A stretch of DNA of 32,000 bases from Ktedonobacterales bacterium (GTDB lineage Bacteria; Chloroflexota; Ktedonobacteria; Ktedonobacterales; JADMIN01), in the NCBI GenBank assembly GCA_030167145.1, contig CP126532.1, forward strand, positions 2,430,001 through 2,462,000, given 5' to 3'. Numbering within the stretch: the stretch's first letter is position 1; each line of letters opens with the position of its first letter. Position numbers and translations under genes: made by a program. Positions 15,198 through 22,941 of the stretch are shown here, in pieces. The notes under the pieces were generated by a model that had not been told where the DNA came from, did not search any database, and worked only from the letters and a program-made list of their open reading frames with translations.

Positions 15198-15268
15198 GCA
15201 CACTCCACCTCCACAGTAGCAACCTATCTGTTCCATCCCATTATCACCGCCGTGTCAACACCGCCCGC

Positions 15269-15574
15269 TCAGGGGGATTCCACCGCGATGGCGACACCGA
15301 AAATCGCATGTTTGCCAACCCAGCCGTTGATGCCACCACGATTGTTGCCGATGAGATAGCGGTCGCCCTGGATCGCTTTGATGAGATGCAAATACTCAGC
15401 GCCATGCATCCGCACCAGCACCACGTCGCCTACACGGAGCGTCACAGGATCGCAGGGCGCGACCGTCACGCGGTCCCCGGAGTTGATCTTGCCGCGCATC
15501 GAGTGGCCGCGCGGGCGTAGCTGAACCGTCTCGCCACGGCGCAACGCTTCGCAAGAATGCGTTGCCCACCCCAT
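15269..15574 (-). CDS. Stand-alone S24 (LexA/UmuD-like) peptidase-fold protein, 101 aa
   Basis: PRGHSMRGKINSGDRVTVAP....GDVVLVR..G.EYLHLIKAI..DRYLIGNN parallels G(D)SM.P.I..GD.V.V....GD.V......K of S24 domains. GGAGGAG lies 7 nt upstream of the ATG. No DNA-binding domain. Confidence 0.5.
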   Translation of the reverse strand: MGWATHSCEALRRGETVQLRPRGHSMRGKINSGDRVTVAPCDPVTLRVGDVVLVRMHGAEYLHLIKAIQGDRYLIGNNRGGINGWVGKHAIFGVAIAVESP

Positions 15575-15578
15575 GATG

Positions 15579-15875
15579 CTACTCCTCCATCGTTGCGGTA
15601 TCCATCACCACATCGGTGATCTCCACGTCCGGGCGCGACTCCTCGATGTAGCGCACCGCGTGATCGAGCACCTCCTGCGCGTGGCCGCGCTCGCCGCTAA
15701 CGTAGGCCAGCCCCAGCACGGCAATCTGCCACATATCCTGGCGATCTACCTCCGCCGCTGATACCGCGAACTCGTTGCGCAGCTTCGCCAGCAGCGAACG
15801 CACCACCTGCCGTTTGTCTTTGAGCGACGCGCTCAGCGGAATCCGCAGCGTCACCCGGCACATGCTCACATACAT
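15579..15875 (-). CDS. DUF503 (YlxP-like) protein
   Basis: MYVSMCRVTLRIPLSASLKDKRQVVRSLLAKLRNEFAVSAAEVDRQDMWQIAVLGLAYVS matches the DUF503 pattern. Start moved to Met8 of the track ORF. Confidence 0.8.
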   Translation of the reverse strand: MYVSMCRVTLRIPLSASLKDKRQVVRSLLAKLRNEFAVSAAEVDRQDMWQIAVLGLAYVSGERGHAQEVLDHAVRYIEESRPDVEITDVVMDTATMEE

Positions 15876-15920
15876 CGCATTCTCGCCGATGCCCACAGCG
15901 TTCCGGCGGCATCGTGCCGG

Positions 15921-16922
15921 TTATGGCGTCGCCTCGCCCAGTGTTTCAGCGGGCGCGGCGCGCGCCGAACGTATCACCAGCAGCAGGCTCAGCGCGATCA
16001 GCGCGCCACCTGCCACCGTCGCCCACGTCAGCGTATCATGCACGAGCCAGACCGCCAGCGCCGCGCCCAGTAGCGGCTGCACGAACAGCGTCGGCGCGGC
16101 TGCCGAGGCGTCCAGCACAGCGAGCGCGCGGAACCACAGCCAGTACGCCAGAGCCGTCGCGATGCCCGCCATATACAGCACCGCCAGCCACCCCGCCAGC
16201 GGCAGATGCGGCCAGCCGCTCTGCGACACCGCCATCGCACCAGCGGGCAGCCAGAAAGCCAGACTCACCGTGATCGTCACGCTGGTAAAGAGCAATGGCG
16301 ACACCGCGCCGAGCGCCGCTTTGCCGCGCACCGTGTAGCCCGCCTCCAGCAGCAGCGAGAGGACCACCAGCAGATCCCCCGCGATGCGCGCACCCTCCGC
16401 GCCGCTGCCCCCCAGGTGCGGCGCCAGCCCGCGCTCGACGACCAGGTACGCGCCCGCCAGCCCCAGCGCCAGCGCCGCGATGCCCATCCGCGTCACCCGC
16501 TCGCGCAGCAGCAGCCACGAGAGCATCGCCGTGAAGAGCGATTCGGTGGAGATCAGCAGCGCCACATCCGAGGCCGTCGAGAGCGCAAGGCCGAAATATT
16601 CGAAGAGCTTGTTCAGAATCCAGCCTAACAATACCGCGCTGCCCAGCGCCAGCAGCGTGCGCCGGTCGCGCGGGATGCGCCGCCAGCCGCGTAGCAACAC
16701 CGGCGAGAGCAGCAGCGCCGCCAGCGAAAGGCGCAGCGCATTCAACTGCACCGGCGAGAGGTAGACCAGCGCAATCTTCGCGGCGGAATACGTTCCCGCC
16801 CACAGCGCATTCGCCAAAATCAGTAGCAGGAACGCCCGGCGCTGTGTTCGCGCAGCGCCACGCGCCACTTTCGCCGCCGTCACGCCAGTGCTCGCCGCCA
16901 CGCGCATCGCTCCCCCATGCAC
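15921..16922 (-). CDS. DMT-superfamily (EamA) transporter
   Basis: About ten hydrophobic helices. EamA-like N-terminus LLILANALWAGTYSAAKIAL. Start uncertain (16922 or 16907). Confidence 0.8.
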   Translation of the reverse strand: MHGGAMRVAASTGVTAAKVARGAARTQRRAFLLLILANALWAGTYSAAKIALVYLSPVQLNALRLSLAALLLSPVLLRGWRRIPRDRRTLLALGSAVLLGWILNKLFEYFGLALSTASDVALLISTESLFTAMLSWLLLRERVTRMGIAALALGLAGAYLVVERGLAPHLGGSGAEGARIAGDLLVVLSLLLEAGYTVRGKAALGAVSPLLFTSVTITVSLAFWLPAGAMAVSQSGWPHLPLAGWLAVLYMAGIATALAYWLWFRALAVLDASAAAPTLFVQPLLGAALAVWLVHDTLTWATVAGGALIALSLLLVIRSARAAPAETLGEATP

Positions 16923-17046
16923 ATATCACAATCACGCCCGCGAACACCAACCGTTTGTCGCGGGCGCATGAGGATAGTGTACGCGATGGCGGCACGCACC
17001 GCCCACAGAGCGGGACTTCCCCGCCCCTGGCGCACATCACTTCTCG

Positions 17047-18954
17047 CTAGCCAGTGGGCGCATGCTCCGTCAGCGCCGCGCCGCAGACCGGGCAGAAGTG
17101 CGCGGACGGATCGCTGACCGGGTGCCCATTCGCGCAGACGCGCACCGCTGCGCCCACCAGTGGTGGCGGTGTGGGTGTACCTGACTGCGGTGGCCCGGAT
17201 GGCGGCGCAGGCGCAGGTGATACCGGTGGCTGTTGCGCCGCGCGATACTCCGGCGAAGGCGGCTGCGCGGGCGACGGATATGCGGGCGGCTGGCCCACTG
17301 GCTGCGACGGCTGTGGAATGTATGCGGGCGGCGCGGATGGCGGATATCCCTGCTGTGGCGGCGTGGCTGGTGGTGGCACGTAGGGCACGCCAGGTGGTGT
17401 CGCAGGCTGGCCATACGGACCGCCATACGGCTGCGAAGGTGGCGTGGGCTGCGCGTATTGCCCTGCTGCCTCCGGTGGCGTGGGTGCAGGCGTGGTAGGT
17501 GTTGGCGTCGGCATGACTTGCGCGCCATACGGGGGATACGGCGGCGCATTGCCCGGCAGCGTAATCGGGCCGCTGTACTGCTGCGCCCGTGGTTCCGATC
17601 CATAGCCGCCGAAACCGCCATAGCCCACCGGAGCCGTCGCTGGGGCCATCTTGCGGCGGTTCAAGAACAGGAATAGCCCCACACCCCCTGCCGCCAGCAG
17701 CAACAACAGCGCGCCGCCGCCGATCAGCAGCCCCGTGCCGAGTCCGCCAGCCGCCACCGGACACTCGCCCGGTGTCACTTTCGCCTTCGCCGCGCGCAGA
17801 TACTCGTTCACGCCTCCAAATGCCGGGTAGTTACTCTGAATGGTGGTCAGGTCTTTCGTGGCGTTGGTCCAGTGGCAGGCGCCGGTCGCGTGATACTCGG
17901 TGATCGCCTTCGTCCACAGCGGCATGAAGGCGCCCGCGGTCGGTTTCTCTACGCCAGCCTGGCGCGTATACTCGGCGGCGACACTGCTGGGAATCAGGAA
18001 GACTACCCGCTCCGTCGAAGTCCCCGCATCCACGAAGCCGATAATCTTGCCCGCACCGTCAATCACCGGGCCGCCGCTCGACCCATGCGAGCCGATGCCG
18101 TTGGTTTCGTAGACCTGCGTGCCGTCGCTCAAGGTCTTCTGCGACGTGACTGCGCCAGTATTCACCGAAACGCTCAGCAGGCTGTTGATCGTATTCACGT
18201 CGCTCTGGGTTGGATTGAAGAGGCTGGTGAAATCGCCCGTATCCGCATCGCCGGGGTAGGCGACAGCCGTCACGCTATCCTGCACATGCACCGCGCTCGC
18301 CGGAGCCAGTGTCAGGTACGGCATGTTGGTGGCTTCCACCTTCACGATGGCCGTATCCTGCTTATCCACCGGCGAGTTCGCGACGATGCGTGTCACCGCG
18401 TAGCCCGTCACCTGGGCGCTATTCTGAAGCTGGCCGGTGTAGGCGGTGGAGAGGAAGGCTTTCTGCCCTGTGACCTGGATGTTGAGTTGGATCTGGTTCG
18501 CGTGGTCCTGGATGAACGTCGTCGCGGTATCCTGCGAGACGTTGTATTGCTGCTCCAAATCCGTGACGACCTGTTGCAGAATGAACGTGGTGTCAACTGG
18601 GTTGTTCACCGTGTGATCCACCACGTGATCCGCCGTGAGGATGTAGCCGTCCGATGAGACGAACGCGCCCGACCCCGTCACCGCGTACTCGAAAGCTCCC
18701 TGCGCGGGTGAGACGATAGTCGAGCCGTCATTGCCGCAGTTCGGGCAGACAAACTGCGCCTGAATATCCGAGACAATGCGCACCACCGCCGGACTCGCCA
18801 GATCCACCGCCAGCGTATCCGTGGTATCCAGCGGACGCGCCTGGGCGGCGGGCGCACCGCTCAGCGCCGGGAACAGCGCCAGCCCCAGCAGCAGAACAAG
18901 CGCCAGCAGCGCAGAGGGCCGCGCTCGTGACCGCTGTATGTCGTTGCCAAACAT
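17047..18954 (-). CDS. Membrane-anchored trypsin-like (S1/Trypsin_2) serine protease with a cytoplasmic Pro/Tyr/Gln-rich tail and C-terminal zinc ribbon
   Basis: Signal peptide ALLALVLLLGLALFPALSGAPAAQA, His context ILTADHVV, Ser context GSHGSSGGPV, TM segment LLIGGGALLLLLAAGGVGLFLFL, a long PPY/PQ-rich region, then C-terminal CANGH..FCPVCG. Start at ATG 18954; the upstream 333 codons of the track ORF are antisense to purK. Confidence 0.85.
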   Translation of the reverse strand: MFGNDIQRSRARPSALLALVLLLGLALFPALSGAPAAQARPLDTTDTLAVDLASPAVVRIVSDIQAQFVCPNCGNDGSTIVSPAQGAFEYAVTGSGAFVSSDGYILTADHVVDHTVNNPVDTTFILQQVVTDLEQQYNVSQDTATTFIQDHANQIQLNIQVTGQKAFLSTAYTGQLQNSAQVTGYAVTRIVANSPVDKQDTAIVKVEATNMPYLTLAPASAVHVQDSVTAVAYPGDADTGDFTSLFNPTQSDVNTINSLLSVSVNTGAVTSQKTLSDGTQVYETNGIGSHGSSGGPVIDGAGKIIGFVDAGTSTERVVFLIPSSVAAEYTRQAGVEKPTAGAFMPLWTKAITEYHATGACHWTNATKDLTTIQSNYPAFGGVNEYLRAAKAKVTPGECPVAAGGLGTGLLIGGGALLLLLAAGGVGLFLFLNRRKMAPATAPVGYGGFGGYGSEPRAQQYSGPITLPGNAPPYPPYGAQVMPTPTPTTPAPTPPEAAGQYAQPTPPSQPYGGPYGQPATPPGVPYVPPPATPPQQGYPPSAPPAYIPQPSQPVGQPPAYPSPAQPPSPEYRAAQQPPVSPAPAPPSGPPQSGTPTPPPLVGAAVRVCANGHPVSDPSAHFCPVCGAALTEHAPTG

Positions 18955-19293
18955 GATGCCGTATCCTTCCCCGTAGCGGATGAGTCTACAAAGCATGCGT
19001 CCGCACTTCTGGCGGAGACCACCCCGGCGCTCTCCATGCTCGGATTCCAGGCATACGCTACACGATTCCAAACAAAGCGGTATGACGCGGCTGACAGCGC
19101 GCCCAACAGCGCGAAAGGAGGGCGCTCGCAGCATATATGCCACCGCCCGCGCGTACACACGGACGCGGCGTGGGCAATTATGCTGAGCGCGCGGAACCTG
19201 TGCTATGATGTCTCGCTGGGTATAGCGGAAGCATGATGAGAAGTGGAGTATCAGGTGAGCAGCCAGCGAACAGCAGCAGAACCAGCCGCACGC

Positions 19294-20439
19294 ATGAGTC
19301 TGCCCTATCCGGGACGCATTGGCATTCTCGGTGGTGGGCAACTCGCCCGTATGACCGCTGAGGCTGCCTCGCGCCTGGGCCTGGAAGTGGCGATTCTGGA
19401 GCGCGAGCCGGGCAGCCCCGCCGCGCGTATCGCCGCCCGCGAGGTCGTCGGCGCGTGGGATGACCGTGCGAAGCTGGCGGACCTGGCGGCGGATACGCTG
19501 GTCGTGACCCTCGAAAACGAGTTCGTAGACGCCCCCGCGCTGGCAGAACTGGCCGCGACGGGCGTTCCTGTCTTCCCCACGCCCCATACCCTGGCCACTG
19601 TGCAAGACAAACTGGAACAGAAGCGCTTCATGCGCGCGGCGGGCGTGCCAGTGCCAGAGTTCATCGAGGTCACGTCGCCCGACGATATCGCGCATGCGAC
19701 GGAAGAGTGGGGCTGGCCGCTCGTGCTGAAGGCGCGGCGCAACAGCTACGACGGCTACGGCAACGCGACACTGCATGCGGCGGACGAGGTCGCCCCCGCC
19801 TGCGAACGCCTGGGCTGGCCGCAGCGTCAGTTGTTCGCCGAGGCGTGGGTGCCCTTCACGCGCGAGCTGGCGGTGATGGTTGCGCGTGGGCGGAGCGGCG
19901 CAACGGCGGTCTATCCCGTCGTGGAGACCGTGCAGCGCAATCATATCTGCCACATCGTGCGCGCCCCCGCACCCATAGCTCCGGCGGTGGCTGCTCGCGC
20001 GGCGGAGATCGCGCGCATGGCGGTCGCGGCCATTGACGGCATCGGCGTTTTCGGGGTCGAGCTATTCGAGAGCGAAGATGGCCGCGTGCTCTACAACGAA
20101 ATCGCGCCGCGCCCGCACAATTCCGGCCACTACACCATCGAGGGCTGCGTCACGTCGCAGTTCGAGAACCATCTGCGCGCCGTGCTTAGCCTGCCGCTCG
20201 GCAGCACAGAGATGGTTGCGCCCGCCGCCGTCATGGTCAATCTGCTCGGCGCCCGTGAAGGCCCTGCCCACGCCGATGGCATCGCCGACGCGCTGGCAGT
20301 CCCTGGCGCGCACCTGCACATCTACGGCAAGCTCATCTCACGCTCTGGCCGCAAGATGGGCCACATCACCGCCCTTGCCACAACCCTCGCCGAAGCCGAA
20401 GCCCGCGCGCAGGCAGCAGCGGACGCGATCACGCTGTGA
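19294..20439 (+). CDS. purK: N5-carboxyaminoimidazole ribonucleotide synthase
   Basis: RIGILGGGQLARM N-terminus, ATP-grasp body, and NEIAPRPHNSGH motif. The start could instead be GTG 19255 or 19243. Confidence 0.9.
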   Translation: MSLPYPGRIGILGGGQLARMTAEAASRLGLEVAILEREPGSPAARIAAREVVGAWDDRAKLADLAADTLVVTLENEFVDAPALAELAATGVPVFPTPHTLATVQDKLEQKRFMRAAGVPVPEFIEVTSPDDIAHATEEWGWPLVLKARRNSYDGYGNATLHAADEVAPACERLGWPQRQLFAEAWVPFTRELAVMVARGRSGATAVYPVVETVQRNHICHIVRAPAPIAPAVAARAAEIARMAVAAIDGIGVFGVELFESEDGRVLYNEIAPRPHNSGHYTIEGCVTSQFENHLRAVLSLPLGSTEMVAPAAVMVNLLGAREGPAHADGIADALAVPGAHLHIYGKLISRSGRKMGHITALATTLAEAEARAQAAADAITL

Positions 20440-20452
20440 CCATTGCTATCCG

Positions 20453-21364
20453 CTAGTTGTCTGGTGTGCCAGTTGCGCTGCCCGGCTCAGCGGCAAAGAG
20501 TTGTGGTTGTTTCGCGCTGGCCGTCAGGCTCTTCGCATTCTCGCTGCTCACCACTGGGCGGCCTGTCTCGGCTTCGATCTGCTGGCGCGCCGAGCCAGCA
20601 ATCTCCCCAGCCTTCTGCGCGTCCCCCTGCAACTCGATGAATCCTTGGCTATCGTGCGCTTGATGCAACGCCGTCGCGGTCGCCTCAGAGAGCATCGTCA
20701 GCGCCAATTCCAGCGAGGTCATATTGTCGCGCAGATTCTCGCGCGGCTTCAACTGCTTGATCTGCTTATGCTCGTTCGTAGAAGCATCGAACGCGCCACG
20801 ATGCAAAATCTCGGAGAGGACGGCGAACTCGCGTCCCTCCTCAGCGCCCCGGTCGCGCCACTCGGTCGTCAGGTCGTCGCGCACCGTGATGCCCCGCAAG
20901 CGCAGTTCGATCCATTCCTCGTCGTAGCCGCGTTTGCGGTAGAGCAGCCGCAACGAGTCCGCCGCCACACGCGGATTGTCGAGCTCTTCCAGCCGTTGCA
21001 CGCCAACCCGCGCCAACCATTGCTTGAACGGCTCAGCCTTCGGCGACGGAATGCTCTGGATGATGCGCAGCAGCGTCTCCGTATCCGCCGCATCGGTCAG
21101 CCGCTGTTTGCCGTCAAGCGCTGCCATTTTCAACTGTTGGCATTTTGCCAACACTTCAACAAACCCTTCGTCTTGAATCCGCCGCTTCATATCGGCCCAA
21201 TACATCCGGGGCTTGGGCGTGTCGGTCAGCAGCCCCACGACATCAATCACACTGAAGAACCACCGCCCCTCGTGCCACACCCGCCGTACTTGCTGCTCCG
21301 CCTGCTCGTCGAGCAGATCCAACCCCATCGCGTCGTTCCGGTCATCATCGCTGTTGTTGGTCAC
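20453..21364 (-). CDS. Bro-N domain protein with DinD-like C-terminal module (DinD paralog)
   Basis: Bro-N: VRRVWHEGRWFFSVIDVVGLLTD...AEPFKQWLARVGVQRLEE. C-terminal: YRKRGYDEEWIELRLRGI..LRDNMTSLELALTMLSE, parallel to the DinD C-terminal region. GTG start at 21364 with GAGGAGGG 7 nt upstream. Confidence 0.8.
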   Translation of the reverse strand: MTNNSDDDRNDAMGLDLLDEQAEQQVRRVWHEGRWFFSVIDVVGLLTDTPKPRMYWADMKRRIQDEGFVEVLAKCQQLKMAALDGKQRLTDAADTETLLRIIQSIPSPKAEPFKQWLARVGVQRLEELDNPRVAADSLRLLYRKRGYDEEWIELRLRGITVRDDLTTEWRDRGAEEGREFAVLSEILHRGAFDASTNEHKQIKQLKPRENLRDNMTSLELALTMLSEATATALHQAHDSQGFIELQGDAQKAGEIAGSARQQIEAETGRPVVSSENAKSLTASAKQPQLFAAEPGSATGTPDN

Positions 21365-21615
21365 GCGAAGACCCTCCTCAAGCCCACCAGCCACAGGCGG
21401 CCAAACACAACGGCCACGCGCACCCATCCCATGTGAGAGACAGGTCCACGTGGCCGGAATATGCTCGATACCCCAAATACCTCTGTGCGAACGCCGCGTC
21501 TATCTGATAGACTAGACTCAGGCGTGTCCTGCTTCTTCCAGGATGCGCTCAGCGGTCCGGCAGTGCGTCCAACACTGGTCGGGCCGCGCCCATGTGTGTA
21601 AGCTTGTCGTAGGCC
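21365..21615 (-). promoter_or_regulatory. Conserved ~250-nt 5' leader (copy B of the repeated leader)
   Basis: Aligns with 14062-14304. The 66-nt identical core is at 21397-21462. Confidence 0.6.
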
Positions 21616-21644
21616 AGTATACCATAACACGATGCAATTGTCAC
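21616..21644 (-). promoter_or_regulatory. Extended -10 promoter GTGACA-N17-(TGG)TATACT, copy B
   Basis: Minus strand reads gtgacaattgcatcgtgttatggtatact. Confidence 0.6.
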
Positions 21645-21710
21645 TGGTTGAAAACTGGCCAGATAGCGTGAGAGCGAGCGATTTTCACCTGTTGGATTTC
21701 TACCAACAGT

Positions 21711-22565
21711 TCACCGCTGACGCCGCTGCTCAGCAGCCGCTATCCGCGCACGGAACCACGACGCCACCCGCAGCCACTCATTCTCCGCAATGTCACTGTA
21801 TTTGCCAACGTGAAACGCTTCGTTCAGCTCGCCATAGATCGTGGCGTAGGCGCTACCCGTCAGCTCGCTCAGCCGTCTCGCCGACGCCTTCACCGTCGCC
21901 TGATGCTCCGGCGTCAGCGTTTGTGGTCCTAGCCGGTCGAGAATCTCCGGCACCAACCGCGTAATCTCTTCGACGCTCTCCAACCGGCTTTCCACCGACC
22001 CACGCCACCGCTCGATATCCGCCTGCCAGTCTATGTATGCGAGCATCCCTTGATGGTATGCGCGCCAGGCTGAAAGCGGCGCGCCCTCGCCCGGCGCTTC
22101 CGGCTGGGTGATCGGGTCGGCGGGTACGAGATTCACGGGCGTAGGCAGTTCGGCCCGCGGCTGCGAAAAGTGACGATAGAGCACATCGGCGGCCTCGCGA
22201 CGGAATGCTCGAATCGCCGCACGCTTCTCTGCGGTAAGTTTACCCGTCCGCACACCAGTGAGCCAAAGCGGAATCCCCCATGCTGCCAGTACATCCATTG
22301 CCTGCGTCTCGCCGGTCAGGTTATCAGCCACAAGCGCGAACAGAAGGTGATCGGCAAGCACGTCGTCGGTACGGATACGCCGAGCCTGCGATGCGCGATC
22401 TAAGTCCAGTGCGGTACAGAGGTCAGTAAGTACCGCCGCGATGCTGCCATCAGGCAATCGTACCGCGCGTATGTCATGCCCGTAGAAGGTTACGACATCG
22501 CTTGCCAAAGGTTGAACCACCTGTCCGTTGCTCTGCCCTGGCTGCCCGTTTCCATTTTCATTCAC
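21711..22565 (-). CDS. Phage antirepressor-type protein (P22_AR_N-like N-terminus, ORF6C-like C-terminus)
   Basis: VVTFYGHDIRAVRLPDGSIAAVLTDLCTALDLDRASQARRI..IPLWLTGV..KRAAIRAFRREAADVLYRHF, then C-terminal YATIYGELNEAFHVGKYSDI. GTG start at 22565 with AGGAG 8 nt upstream. Confidence 0.75.
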   Translation of the reverse strand: MNENGNGQPGQSNGQVVQPLASDVVTFYGHDIRAVRLPDGSIAAVLTDLCTALDLDRASQARRIRTDDVLADHLLFALVADNLTGETQAMDVLAAWGIPLWLTGVRTGKLTAEKRAAIRAFRREAADVLYRHFSQPRAELPTPVNLVPADPITQPEAPGEGAPLSAWRAYHQGMLAYIDWQADIERWRGSVESRLESVEEITRLVPEILDRLGPQTLTPEHQATVKASARRLSELTGSAYATIYGELNEAFHVGKYSDIAENEWLRVASWFRARIAAAEQRRQR

Positions 22566-22912
22566 GGTTCTCGCTCCTATCCTCCACAACAATCAGACAG
22601 CAGTCATTTTGACTGCTGGTAGCTCGCTATACCATGCCAAGCCAGACAATACAAGGCTTTCCCCAAGGGTCTATCATGGGGAGTACATGTCTGCACGCCT
22701 CCTCCTGGGATATGGAGACGCTGAAGTGAGGAATCGGATCGGGGGAAAGCAGAGATGCCTGCGGCTTGGGCCTGCGATGTCAGATGAGTCTATGCTATTG
22801 CCCGTGCCGCATGCTATGCTGCTACAAGCCCTGTCCGCTGCTACCGTCAGCGCCGGGGTCAGAGCGCCGTTCGTGTTGTCAGCACGGACGGCGTTCGCAC
22901 ATTGATGTGGCA

Positions 22913-22941
22913 AGTATACCATAACGCGATGCGATTATCAG
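22913..22941 (-). promoter_or_regulatory. Third copy of the shared promoter (CTGATA-N17-(TGG)TATACT)
   Basis: Minus strand reads ctgataatcgcatcgcgttatggtatact. The spacer is identical to copy A. It overlaps the stop codon of the upstream FAD oxidoreductase gene. Confidence 0.5.

Noticed and set aside
18955-19953. N-terminal 333 codons of the 968-aa track ORF 17047..19953
   Set aside because: This part overlaps purK on the opposite strand and has Arg/Ala/His-rich nonsense composition. A signal peptide with a Shine-Dalgarno sequence begins at 18954.
20033-21436. Long antisense ORFs: 20033..21436 (+), 30379..31638 (+), 27111..27938 (+), 4087..4731 (-), 10219..10974 (+), 16036..17040 (-), 12228..12827 (-)
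   Set aside because: Each lies opposite a gene with clear family signatures (Bro-N, TnpB, UvrB, TnpA, anti-sigma, EamA, THI5-like). Each has Arg/Ala/Pro/His-rich composition with no motifs, which makes them GC-driven open frames.
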